The notes beneath the pieces are model-generated. The model did no database searches. It saw nothing but the letters and a program-made list of their open reading frames with translations, and was not told where the DNA came from. Positions 1 to 8,476 of a stretch of 32,000 bases of DNA are shown here, piece by piece. The DNA comes from Candidatus Intestinimonas stercoravium (GTDB lineage: Bacteria > Bacillota > Clostridia > Oscillospirales > Oscillospiraceae). Every line of letters begins with the position of its first letter. Positions within the stretch are counted from its first letter, which is position 1. The stretch lies in NCBI GenBank assembly GCA_019117605.1, contig DWZK01000076.1:1962-33961 (forward strand), in the 5' to 3' direction. The position numbers and the translations under genes are program-made.

Positions 1-953
1 GTGTCAGGGAACTGGATCACCGCCCCCGCTAAGCCCTCCACCGCCGACTGTAGACGGTTCTCAGTCAGGCCGGATTGAAGCAGGTTGGCCGTGGCCTCGA
101 TGGCGCTGTCAGTCTGCCCTGCCACCTGGTAAAAGGTCTCAAACGCCCCGCGTGCGTCCTCCAGCCCTGCTCCGGAGGTCCGCGCCGACTCCTCCAGCTG
201 CGACAGCCCAGAACGCAGGTCCTCAGTGGCGGGCACAGTAGCGATGGCTGCCCCGGCCAGCGCTCCTACCGCCTTGGTAACAGGAGCAAAGACATCGGAG
301 ATCTTTTCCGCCTTATCCGAGGCGCTCTTGGCAGCATCACCCAGAACATCCAGGCCCTCGGCGCTCTTCTGGGCCGCCTCTTCCAGGTCTTCCGCCTCTT
401 TAGCTGTGGCAGCCAGCTCCCGCTGGAGGGCGTCGTACTGGCCCTGGTCCAGCCGGGCGCCGGCGAACTCCTGGTTGAGATCCCGGATAGACTGCTTCAG
501 GCTGTCCTGCTTTTCCCGGGTCTCCTCCAGCTTGCGGTTGAAATCGTCGTAGGCCTGGGTGGAGATCTTCCCGGCGGCGAGCTGTTCCTCCACGGAGGCG
601 GCGTTGCTCTCCAGCCCACGGAGGGAGGCCGTCACCTGGTCCAGCTGGGTCTTCAGGGGCTCATACTTGGCGGCGTAGTCCTTCCCCCGCTGGAGGGCGG
701 CGTCGGCACCCGCCGCCGCCTCCTGCAAAATGTTCAGCTTGTTCGCCGAGGCCTGGGCCGCTTCCGCCAAGAGGCGCTGCTTCTGGGCCAGGAGCTCGGT
801 GTTGCCGGGGTCTATCTTCAGCGACCGCTCTACGTCCTTCAGGGCCCGCTGAGTCTGACTCAAGGTCTTGTTTGCCCCGCTGAGGGCCTTGTCCAATTTG
901 GTGGTGTCACCGCCGATCTCCACGGTGATACCACGGATCCGTCCACGGCTCAT
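1..953 (-). CDS. Tail tape measure protein, N-terminal part. The ORF runs off the left edge and is not in the ORF track.
   Basis: Own translation of the reverse complement from ATG at 953: MSRGRIRGITVEIGGDTTKLDKALSGANKTLSQTQRALKDVERSLKIDPGNTELLAQKQRLL..., the typical TP901/phi13-type TMP N-terminus. It is coiled-coil rich and sits directly after the chaperone pair. The 349-aa plus-strand ORF 75..1124 is its antisense shadow. Confidence 0.85.
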   Translation of the reverse strand, partial: MSRGRIRGITVEIGGDTTKLDKALSGANKTLSQTQRALKDVERSLKIDPGNTELLAQKQRLLAEAAQASANKLNILQEAAAGADAALQRGKDYAAKYEPLKTQLDQVTASLRGLESNAASVEEQLAAGKISTQAYDDFNRKLEETREKQDSLKQSIRDLNQEFAGARLDQGQYDALQRELAATAKEAEDLEEAAQKSAEGLDVLGDAAKSASDKAEKISDVFAPVTKAVGALAGAAIATVPATEDLRSGLSQLEESARTSGAGLEDARGAFETFYQVAGQTDSAIEATANLLQSGLTENRLQSAVEGLAGAVIQFPD

Positions 954-971
954 GGCCGCACCTCCTTTACG

Positions 972-1510
972 TCAGAATCGGTCGAAATCCTCCTGGGTGG
1001 CCAACTCACAGTAAGGCTCATGATCGTTCCCCGCCTCGATGATGAGGTCGGTGACCATGCCCACCGTCATGCGCTCCAGGTCGGCGCTAGTGAGCCCCAA
1101 TTGCATGGCACGGAGGTAGAATAGGCCAGTGGTCAACCGCCTTTCCGTCGGCCTCGTTTTTTTTTGGATGTCGAAGTGGTCTTCAGGTTGGCCTGCCAGA
1201 GCTGGGCGATAGTAGGGAACACCTGGTAGATGGAGAAAGTATCAAAGCCGTCCAGCCACTCCTCGGCGCTGGTCGCCGTAACCTCGTCGGGCCGGGCGTG
1301 TTTTGCCATGAGGTAGGACATGTCCTCGAAAACACTCAACAGCCGGGGCGGGATGGGTCCTCTACCTTCCCGCGCATCGTTGATCGCGTTCTGGAGCTCC
1401 AGCATATCCTGCATGATATCCCGGCCGTACTCCATACGGTAGAGGCGCGGGACCGCTGCTGTGGCCCGAAAAGCCACGGGGCGGCCGTCAATGGTCAAAA
1501 CCCGTTCCAT
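972..1510 (-). CDS. Tail assembly chaperone, long form made by a -1 frameshift (gpGT analogue)
   Basis: The -1 frame stays open from the A-run (1157-1165) down to TGA at 972-974. It reads ...IQKKTRPTERRLTTGLFYLRAMQLGLTSADLERMTVGMVTDLIIEAGNDHEPYCELATQEDFDRF. By my codon-phase arithmetic the shift is -1. Confidence 0.6.
1133..1510 (-). CDS. Tail assembly chaperone, short form (gpG analogue)
   Basis: 125-aa ORF between the major tail and tape measure genes. It ends ...TSTSKKKRGRRKGG, with a run of nine A on the coding strand (T-run 1157-1165 on plus). Confidence 0.75.
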   Translation of the reverse strand: MERVLTIDGRPVAFRATAAVPRLYRMEYGRDIMQDMLELQNAINDAREGRGPIPPRLLSVFEDMSYLMAKHARPDEVTATSAEEWLDGFDTFSIYQVFPTIAQLWQANLKTTSTSKKKRGRRKGG

Positions 1511-1519
1511 AGTTCCTCC

Positions 1520-2098
1520 TTATGCCCCTGCCGCAGGCTCCCACACCTTCTGGTACCAAGCGTTGTACTTCTCCTCCGGAGTCTTGGAGGTCGTCTTGGC
1601 CTTCACCCGGCCATCGCTGAGGGGAGACGCCGTAACAGTGAGGGTATCGGTGCTGGGGGTCTTGGCGTTGTTGACCGTAGAGCTGGTGATGCTGGGACGG
1701 CTGCACGAGCAGTTATAGAGGACGTGCCGGGTGGCCTTCTGGTCTCCGGAGAACTCAAAGAGCAGGGCAAAGGGGACGGGTTCGGCTCCGGCGTTCTCCA
1801 CCAGCACCATGTCCGTCTCGTCCTCAGTCTCCTTGAGCACGTCTTTTCGGAAGGAGTCGGGGATGACAGCGATCTCCAGGTCGCCGCTGTAGCCATCGTT
1901 GGCGGTAGAGACGTAATAGGCCATATCGTCGGCGTAGAACTTTGTCTCGTCTCCCTGGGCCTGGAGGGAGAGATTCACCGCGCCGGGGATCCGCACCGGC
2001 GTGCCGAAGGCCACTGCCCCCTCCTCCCCTGCCGAGATCACCGCATAGTGGACATTTTTCAGGCCAAACTTGACCTTATTTTCCGTATTGGTCGCCAT
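1520..2098 (-). CDS. Major tail protein (phi13/TP901-1-like family)
   Basis: MATNTENKVKFGLKNVHYAVI... is the typical N-terminus of Firmicute major tail proteins. GAGG lies 5 nt before ATG 2098. Position is upstream of the chaperone and TMP. Confidence 0.8.
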   Translation of the reverse strand: MATNTENKVKFGLKNVHYAVISAGEEGAVAFGTPVRIPGAVNLSLQAQGDETKFYADDMAYYVSTANDGYSGDLEIAVIPDSFRKDVLKETEDETDMVLVENAGAEPVPFALLFEFSGDQKATRHVLYNCSCSRPSITSSTVNNAKTPSTDTLTVTASPLSDGRVKAKTTSKTPEEKYNAWYQKVWEPAAGA

Positions 2099-2105
2099 AA
2101 ACACC

Positions 2106-2411
2106 TCACACTTCTATCTCATACCGGACCTCGTAGACCTGCTGATCTGCGAGGTATCCTGCTTCTTTCGCCCAGGCCAGGCCCGCTAGGGTGTTCTCCA
2201 CCCTAGCCTCCAGATCCGGGTCCTTCTGGGCAGTGTAGAGCTCTACTTGATAATGGCCGGCGGACCAGTAGACTTCGTCATCCGCATAGAGGACAGCATC
2301 ATAGACGTACTCATAGCAAAGGAACGGCGGCTCCTGCCGGCTGCGGAAGGCCCTGTAGGCCAGGGGGAGCCCGACGGCCTCCAGCTGCCGGACCAGGTCC
2401 TTCTGTGTCAT
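2106..2411 (-). CDS. Tail terminator / tail completion-like protein. Function is assigned by position.
   Basis: 101-aa ORF between the HK97 gp10-like gene and the major tail gene. Its start overlaps the upstream stop. Confidence 0.5.
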   Translation of the reverse strand: MTQKDLVRQLEAVGLPLAYRAFRSRQEPPFLCYEYVYDAVLYADDEVYWSAGHYQVELYTAQKDPDLEARVENTLAGLAWAKEAGYLADQQVYEVRYEIEV

Positions 2412-2785
2412 AGGCTCAGCTCCCTTTCCAGCCCCTCCAGCAGGTTTGCTTCGGCCTGCCGCTCGGCAGGGGCGATGTGAGCGTGCCCCTCTACCCGGCC
2501 TCCATCCACCTTGGCATGGCCGTTCTCCAGCAGATGCGTGAGGCCTGGCGCGGCGGCGTTATAGACCGTCTCGGTCAAGTCACCATTGAGGGCTGCCGTC
2601 TCCTTGAGCCGCCAACCCTTGGCGTAGCGTCCTGTCCGGCGGGGGCTGGCCGCCCGGATCTCCTGGCGGCAGGTCTTGGCCACTTTCCGCACCGTGTCCC
2701 GGGTGGCCTCCTTGGCCAGGTCGCCGTACTCCTCCAGGGCCGCCTGGACGGCGTCGGAGAGGCCGTCCGGGCCGATGGTCACCAT
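2408..2785 (-). CDS. HK97 gp10-family head-tail joining protein
   Basis: 125 aa with ...APGLTHLLENGHA..., characteristic of the HK97 gp10 family. Conserved position in the connector module. Confidence 0.7.
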   Translation of the reverse strand: MVTIGPDGLSDAVQAALEEYGDLAKEATRDTVRKVAKTCRQEIRAASPRRTGRYAKGWRLKETAALNGDLTETVYNAAAPGLTHLLENGHAKVDGGRVEGHAHIAPAERQAEANLLEGLERELSL

Positions 2786-3090
2786 GGACCCACCCCCGTC
2801 CGTTTGGCCAGATAGAGCTCAATCTCCTGGCTCTCCCGGCGGCGGTAAGTCCGGTAGATCTGGTACCTCTCCCCTTCCCACTTGGCCTGCTGCTCCCCCT
2901 GGTAATTTGTCTCGGCGGTGATGAATACGACCTCCGGGACAAGACCGTCCAAACCGGACTCAACCCGCTCCATCCGGCTCACCGAGGTGATACGCCCCAG
3001 GGTAGGGGTAGTCCGTACCGGCCTCCAGAGCTCCTCTGCCAACTCGTTCTTCTCCGGCTCCAGATAGATAAGCTCTACCAGATCCGTCAC
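2779..3090 (-). CDS. Head-tail adaptor / head closure protein (SPP1 gp16-like)
   Basis: GTG start at 3090 follows GGAGGG with a 7-nt spacer and overlaps the upstream TGA (GTGA). The product begins VTDLVELIYLEPEKNELAEELWRP... Confidence 0.6.
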   Translation of the reverse strand: MTDLVELIYLEPEKNELAEELWRPVRTTPTLGRITSVSRMERVESGLDGLVPEVVFITAETNYQGEQQAKWEGERYQIYRTYRRRESQEIELYLAKRTGVGPW

Positions 3091-3359
3091 GAGTTTCCCT
3101 CCTCTCGGTAGCCTCTTACCAGCGCCAGACAAGACTTAAGGTCCTCATAGGCCTGTCGGTAGCTCTCCCCCTTGCCGCAGAAATCGAACTGCCACCGGGC
3201 GTAGAGCTTCACCGCCATATCCACCAGGGCATCATATGTCCCCTGTACCCCGGCAGTATCCAAATCCAGATAGGCGGCGGTGATGGTATCCTGCACTTCT
3301 CCGTCCAGTCTTTCATGGTTGATGCGGAGGGCAGTCTTCACCTCTGCCACGCCGATCAT
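3087..3359 (-). CDS. gp6-like head-tail connector protein
   Basis: MIGVAEVKTALRINHERLDGEVQDTITAAYLDL... matches the DNA-packaging/connector family pattern. ATG 3359 overlaps the capsid stop (ATGA). Confidence 0.65.
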   Translation of the reverse strand: MIGVAEVKTALRINHERLDGEVQDTITAAYLDLDTAGVQGTYDALVDMAVKLYARWQFDFCGKGESYRQAYEDLKSCLALVRGYREEGNS

Positions 3360-4570
3360 GCCTTTGCCTTCGTCCAAATGGTGACGGCGTTCTTGTCGGC
3401 GGGTTTTCCGTCGGCCAGGCACATGGCCCGGTAGACGGTGGAGCCACTGCGGAAAGCTACACTTTGGTCGCTGCGCACGTCGGGGGCCTGGGCGAAATTG
3501 AACTTGTAGCCTTCCTTGAAGTTGCCGAAAAGGACGGTGTCGGCGGCGCAGAAATCGTCCACGATGACGGGGTAGCCCAGGACGTTGAACTTGGCGGGGC
3601 TCTGGGCGTCGGCCACCACCACCTTGTCGCCGCCGTCCGTCTTCATGCCCAGGATTTGGCCGTAGAAAATCTGGCGGGTGGTGGCCAATTTGGCATTGGG
3701 GTGGTACTTGGTGGGTAGGGCGGCCAAAATGGCCAGCAGGTCGGCGTAGGTCATACCGGCGGCGGTGTAGGTGCCGGTGTTGGTGATCTCGCCGGGCTTG
3801 AGGAGGCCGGTGGCTTGGCTGGAGCCGGTGCCGCTGAAGATCGCCTTGTCCACCGCTGCGGCGATCTTGTTGGCCAGGCGGTTCACCAGCCAGCTCTCGA
3901 AGGCGGGGATGGCCATGGCCTGGATGTCGGCGGTGATCTCTACCGTCTTGATGAGCTTGTAGGCCCCCAGAGAAACGTCCGTTAGGGTATCGGCGCTGTC
4001 AGTGGCAGCGGTACCCATGGATGTCCAGGAAGCATCATCCACGGTACTCTCCATAGGCCAGGAGACGTTGCCGGGGATATAAGTGACATCCACCGCGGCG
4101 ATCATGGGGACCAGCTCCATGGTAGCGATAATGCGGTCCATGGTCTGGGTGGGGATGGCGGCAGTGGCGGTGATCGCCGTCCGCTCCTCGGTGCTCAGCG
4201 GCTTTCCCTGGAGGTTCTTCAGCCAGGCGGCACGATATTCCTCAGTGCTGGCAAGAGCCTGCTTCTGCTCGGCATTCAGCGGATACCCCTGAGTGCACAA
4301 ATGCCAGGCATCGCGGCACTCCTGGTCATCGGGGTGAAAAGTTTTCGGATCCCGCAGATCTCCGTGGAAGGTGCGGACGGTGCGCCCCACCCCGGCACCA
4401 ATCTCGCTGAGGATCTGGCGGCGTTTCTCGGCGGCCTCGGTGATGAGCTGCCGCTCCGTCTTCAGGTCGGTAACCTCCTTCTTGAGGGCGTCCAGGTCCG
4501 CCCCCTCCTTCTCCAGCTCGGCGGGGATGGCGGCCAGGCGGGCTTCGATCTCTTCCAGTCTATTGTTCAT
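3356..4570 (-). CDS. Major capsid protein, HK97 family, with an N-terminal coiled-coil delta-like domain
   Basis: GGAGGTATAAC precedes ATG 4570. N-terminus MNNRLEEIEARLAAIPAELEKEG... is followed by a capsid-fold-sized body. The gene directly follows the prohead protease. Confidence 0.85.
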   Translation of the reverse strand: MNNRLEEIEARLAAIPAELEKEGADLDALKKEVTDLKTERQLITEAAEKRRQILSEIGAGVGRTVRTFHGDLRDPKTFHPDDQECRDAWHLCTQGYPLNAEQKQALASTEEYRAAWLKNLQGKPLSTEERTAITATAAIPTQTMDRIIATMELVPMIAAVDVTYIPGNVSWPMESTVDDASWTSMGTAATDSADTLTDVSLGAYKLIKTVEITADIQAMAIPAFESWLVNRLANKIAAAVDKAIFSGTGSSQATGLLKPGEITNTGTYTAAGMTYADLLAILAALPTKYHPNAKLATTRQIFYGQILGMKTDGGDKVVVADAQSPAKFNVLGYPVIVDDFCAADTVLFGNFKEGYKFNFAQAPDVRSDQSVAFRSGSTVYRAMCLADGKPADKNAVTIWTKAKA

Positions 4571-4571
4571 G

Positions 4572-5183
4572 TTATACCTCCAATAAAATTCGGATGATGG
4601 CTCGCTTCCGCTCGGCGGCCTGGGCCGCAAGTCGCTCCGCTTTTTCTGCCTCGATCGCTCCGTCAAGCCAGGAACGGGCGGAAATATCAGTGGACGGGTT
4701 GGCCGGGAAGCTCACGGCCGACACGTCGTACACCTTCTTGATTTTGAGGATGCGCCGGGTGTGGGTGACCCGGTCGTAGCTGTCCTCCTGGACCGTGAAG
4801 GCCCAGGACATCTTGGTCACAAGACCGGCGGCGATGTCCTCGTGCATGGACCGGGCCTGCTCCGTCTTGGAGAGGTCGGCCGCCATGAAGAGGCCCCGGG
4901 CCTGGGGCTCCACGATGAGGGTGTTGCTTTTGCCCGTCCGAGCAAAGACCCGTCCGCCGTGGTCGTACTGCATGATCACGTCGGAGAGATCCGCCCCGTC
5001 CAGGGCATGGCGGTCCACGACTTCTTTGTACTGGACCCCGTCGTACTCATAGAGCACATAGGGGTCGTCGAAGGTGGTGGCGTAGCCCTCCACATAGTAG
5101 TCCGACTCAAAGCGCCGGCTGCTGCCCGCTGTTGGGGTCAGCAGGGGCATTGACCGGTACTCCCGATCCGGCTTCACCGGCAT
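4572..5183 (-). CDS. HK97-family prohead (maturation) protease
   Basis: 203 aa with ...YVEGYATTFDDPYVLYE... and ...VYDVSAVSFPANPST..., typical of S78/U35 prohead proteases. Lies between the portal and capsid genes. Start chosen at ATG 5183 because GGGAG lies 8 nt upstream. Confidence 0.8.
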   Translation of the reverse strand: MPVKPDREYRSMPLLTPTAGSSRRFESDYYVEGYATTFDDPYVLYEYDGVQYKEVVDRHALDGADLSDVIMQYDHGGRVFARTGKSNTLIVEPQARGLFMAADLSKTEQARSMHEDIAAGLVTKMSWAFTVQEDSYDRVTHTRRILKIKKVYDVSAVSFPANPSTDISARSWLDGAIEAEKAERLAAQAAERKRAIIRILLEV

Positions 5184-6357
5184 TTCCTTCACTCCCTTTC
5201 ACGCCGTTCTGCTGATTGAGGGCGTTGACTTCCGCGTAGTCCCGGCGGATGTAATAGCGTTTGCTGTCCTCGGTGTCCAGGGCGGGGAGCTGAAACACCT
5301 CCCGGCCCTCGTCCATGTTCATCATGCCCCGGTCGAAGAGCTGAGTCACAGTGTTCAGCTTGTCCGCCATGGTCATATGCTGGAGGCGGTTGACCGTGAA
5401 CAAAATTTCCTTTCCCCGAGCGATCTCGGCCTGAGAGAAGGTCATGTTGGTGTGGACCAAGCTGGCCTCGATGGCAAAGGGTTCGATCTTGCCCTCATAG
5501 TAGGACGACCATTCGTCACTGGTATACTGGTTGTGGAGGATGTGGTCAGACATCCCGAAATAGTCGAATACGCTCTCCCGGATGTTGGCTGCCTGCTTGT
5601 CATCCACCACATAGGGCTTGCTCTCGATGGACTTGACATCCGCATATTTGGCGTCGAAGATCATCACCCCACCGTTGTCGCTGCCCAGGTTGTCCCGGAC
5701 CAGGCGGTCCCGCTCGGCGTTCATGTCCATCGGCTTCAGCGTCTGGGCCAGCTTGGCCAGGAACCGCACCGATCCGGATGCTTTCACCCCGTTGATGATG
5801 CTCTGGTTCTGGGTGTGGATGAGCTCCATGGTTGGGCGCAGCGCCCGGTTGTCCTCGCCGAAGAAGTCGTCCCGGTAGTGCATCTGGGTCATGATGCCGG
5901 AGCGGTCCAGCTCCACCACGGCGGTACCCACCGGAAAGTGGTACCGCAGGTAGGGCACCCCTGCCCGCTCCACCACCTCGGCCTGACTGGGCAGCACCGG
6001 GTAGAATCCGTTGATGCGCAGCATGAGGTCATCGTCGTATACCGGCGCGATGAAGGCGGTGTTCTCCGTCATGTAGATGGTGGCCAGGCGGTAGAGGTAC
6101 TTCTTGGTGTCCATCCAGGGGTTGGGCCGGTAGGAGAGCACACGGTCCAGCCGGGAACATCCCGGCCCACGCACCACTGGGCGCAGCTTGGAGACGTGGG
6201 TGGCGAAGGTATGGATGCAGGCTCGGGTAAGGGCCATCTCATACACGCCACCCTCAAAGCTGGTATAGACGGGGGCGTAGCCCCCCAGGGTCTGGAACCA
6301 GGAGTAGACCTGCGCCTCAGCGGTCTTTTTGGGAAAGAGCTTTTCTAACAGGCCCAC
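5107..6357 (-). CDS. Portal protein, HK97 family
   Basis: 416 aa. GTG start at 6357 follows GAGGTG. Position after TerL and sequence style (..YRLATIYMTENTAFIAPVYDD..) fit an HK97-type portal. Confidence 0.85.
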   Translation of the reverse strand: MGLLEKLFPKKTAEAQVYSWFQTLGGYAPVYTSFEGGVYEMALTRACIHTFATHVSKLRPVVRGPGCSRLDRVLSYRPNPWMDTKKYLYRLATIYMTENTAFIAPVYDDDLMLRINGFYPVLPSQAEVVERAGVPYLRYHFPVGTAVVELDRSGIMTQMHYRDDFFGEDNRALRPTMELIHTQNQSIINGVKASGSVRFLAKLAQTLKPMDMNAERDRLVRDNLGSDNGGVMIFDAKYADVKSIESKPYVVDDKQAANIRESVFDYFGMSDHILHNQYTSDEWSSYYEGKIEPFAIEASLVHTNMTFSQAEIARGKEILFTVNRLQHMTMADKLNTVTQLFDRGMMNMDEGREVFQLPALDTEDSKRYYIRRDYAEVNALNQQNGVKGSEGNAGEAGSGVPVNAPADPNSGQQPAL

Positions 6358-6366
6358 GGGATCACC

Positions 6367-8025
6367 TCAGTTCAAATCGATATACAGGTCTTTCTTGTCC
6401 TGGAGCACGGTGTAAGCGCACAAGAGGGCCACGGTGCCATCGATGCGCTCCCGGCTGTCCAGCGCCTTGACGGGCTGGATGTTGCCGTTGACGTCGGTCT
6501 TGATCTGGGTGTTGGCCAGGCACCACTTGTCGATGGGATTATCGTCATAGATGATGCGGTGCGCCTGGAAGTCGGCCCGCAGGTCTTTCATAGGCTGGGA
6601 TAGGGTGAGCGCGCCCTGCCGTACCGGCACCATGGAGTTGGGGCCGAACTCTGCCCGGAACTCCCGCAGGAGAGTGTCGTCGATGTGCCATGGATCGTAG
6701 CCAATGAACACGACGTAGAGGTCCTCTTGGTCCCGGAGCTCCTTGAACCACTCCAGGAAGATGCGTTTGTCGCACTTGTTCCCGGGGCAGGTCCGCATGA
6801 GGCCTTGATCCACCCAGAGGGAATAGGGCGCGTTGTCCCTCTCCCGGCGGCTCCCCTCACCGGCCTGCCTGTCCAGCACCGCCTGGGGCAGCCAATACAT
6901 GGAGCGGACGTAGATATTGGGATCGCCGGGTCGCATACAGATGGCCTTAGCGGCGTTGAGGTCGGTGGTATCGGCGGCATCGAAGCCGCCGATACAGTAA
7001 TCGAACTTGATGAGGCCCACCCAGCGTCCGTCGTGGTCCAGCTCCTCCCACCGGAGCCAGGCGCTCTCGCTGGTCTGGGGCATATTGAAGTCCTTGACCA
7101 TGACCGTGGGCTTGAAGGCCGGGTCGTCCTTGGCCTTCTGGACCATCTGCTCCAGGTAGTCCCGGCTCTTGATGGTGCCCAGGCCCGGGTTGGCTTTCTC
7201 CCAGCAGCCGGGGTCGTCCCACTCCTCCGGCGCGTCCAGGGTGTACAGGAAGGGCAGGAACCGCCGGTTCTGGGCCTTGCCGTCCAGCACGTCGCAGGCA
7301 TACTGGAACTGGGCGTCAAAGACGCCGTTCCGGATGAAGCCGTTGGTGGAGATGCAGAACAGGAGGGGCTGGGACCGGGCGCCCATGCCCTGCTTCACCA
7401 GGTCGTAGAGGTCCCGGTTCTTGATGGCCGAGAGCTCGTCGATGGTGGCGGCGTGGACGTCCAGGCCGTCCAGGCTGGAGGTGTTGGAGGCTAGGGGTTT
7501 GATGAAGCCCAGATTGGCCGGGCAGTAGAGGTCGGCTACCCGCTTGCGCAGGTACCGGGACAGGTGGGGCGACTGCTTGACCATCTTGACCACGGCGTCG
7601 TAGCCCAGGGCGGCCTGCTCCCGCTTGGTGGCCAGGTTGTAGATCTGGGGCGCGCCCTCCCCGTCGTTGACCAGCAGGTCAATCTCGATGCCGGCGGTCT
7701 CGGTGGTCTTGCCGTTCTTCCGGCCCTCCACGATGAGAACCTCCTGGTACTGCCGCAGGTCGTTGTCGTCCACAAACCCGAAGATGGCCTGGAGCCGGGC
7801 CTTCTGGAAGAGCTGGAGGCGCAGGGGCGTGCCCAGCTTGCCGGTGGGGGTCTTGCAGAAAAGCTCGATGAAGTCGATGTGCCGCTGGGCGATGTCCTCG
7901 TCGAAGTGGAACTCGCCGGGACAGGCCAAGTTCTCCAGCAGCAGCTCGGCCACCTGCTTCATCCGCCGGCAGGCGGGGATCTTCCCGTCCAGGAGGGCGG
8001 TGAAGTAGCGCTCCAGATCGGTCAC
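6367..8025 (-). CDS. terL: Terminase large subunit (Terminase_1-type)
   Basis: 552 aa. Walker A-like EGRKNGKTT. GTG start overlaps the TerS stop (GTGA). Followed by the portal gene. Confidence 0.9.
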   Translation of the reverse strand: MTDLERYFTALLDGKIPACRRMKQVAELLLENLACPGEFHFDEDIAQRHIDFIELFCKTPTGKLGTPLRLQLFQKARLQAIFGFVDDNDLRQYQEVLIVEGRKNGKTTETAGIEIDLLVNDGEGAPQIYNLATKREQAALGYDAVVKMVKQSPHLSRYLRKRVADLYCPANLGFIKPLASNTSSLDGLDVHAATIDELSAIKNRDLYDLVKQGMGARSQPLLFCISTNGFIRNGVFDAQFQYACDVLDGKAQNRRFLPFLYTLDAPEEWDDPGCWEKANPGLGTIKSRDYLEQMVQKAKDDPAFKPTVMVKDFNMPQTSESAWLRWEELDHDGRWVGLIKFDYCIGGFDAADTTDLNAAKAICMRPGDPNIYVRSMYWLPQAVLDRQAGEGSRRERDNAPYSLWVDQGLMRTCPGNKCDKRIFLEWFKELRDQEDLYVVFIGYDPWHIDDTLLREFRAEFGPNSMVPVRQGALTLSQPMKDLRADFQAHRIIYDDNPIDKWCLANTQIKTDVNGNIQPVKALDSRERIDGTVALLCAYTVLQDKKDLYIDLN

Positions 8026-8369
8026 TTGGCCCCACCCCTGGTCTTGAGGAACTGGGTCAGCTCATCGGCCGGCGGCGGCGCTTCCGGCAGTAGGTCCCCC
8101 AGCTGCTTGATGACCGAGGTGTAATTCTTGATCATGGCGTTGTACACATCCACCTCCGGGCTCTTCCGGGTGCCGTACTGATTCTCGCCGTTTTTGTACT
8201 CGGAGACCACGCCGTTTGCCCGGATCTCGTCCTGCAATTTGCTCAGCTGCTCCTCCATGAACACGGCGTTGAGGATCAGCTGGAGGCAGAGATCCTGCCG
8301 CTCCGGGGGCGCCGCGTTAAAGGTAGACTTGAACCGTCCCAGGTCCTTTTTTCTCACTGCTTTTGCCAT
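8022..8369 (-). CDS. terS: Terminase small subunit (P27-family-like)
   Basis: MAKAVRKKDLGRFKSTFNAAPPERQDL... is about 115 aa. GGGGGTGTGG RBS precedes ATG 8369. Lies immediately upstream of TerL. Confidence 0.75.
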   Translation of the reverse strand: MAKAVRKKDLGRFKSTFNAAPPERQDLCLQLILNAVFMEEQLSKLQDEIRANGVVSEYKNGENQYGTRKSPEVDVYNAMIKNYTSVIKQLGDLLPEAPPPADELTQFLKTRGGAK

Positions 8370-8372
8370 TAC

Positions 8373-8397
8373 CACACCCCCTTCCGTACACACCCCC
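8373..8397. repeat. Two direct CACACCCCC copies (8373-8381 and 8389-8397) in the HNH/terS intergenic region
   Basis: Read directly from the sequence, with a 16-nt period. The promoter-proximal copy also forms the terS RBS on the minus strand. Confidence 0.6.
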
Positions 8398-8476
8398 ACT
8401 GTAATTTACCTGGCCACTCACTCGGTCTCCTGGGGGCCGCGCCCCCCCGCCGACCGGGGGGGGAGTGGGCCCCGCC

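Noticed and set aside
75-1124. 349-aa plus-strand ORF, with nested ORF 226..552
   Set aside because: It is antisense to the tape measure gene, whose translation is a textbook TMP N-terminus. The plus-strand product is Leu/Gly/Arg/Val-rich and low in complexity, as expected for shadow ORFs in high-GC DNA. It has no RBS.
5377-6348. 323-aa plus-strand ORF
   Set aside because: It is antisense to the portal gene. Its composition (His/Val/Gly/Asp runs) is typical of a shadow frame, and it breaks the tightly overlapping minus-strand operon.
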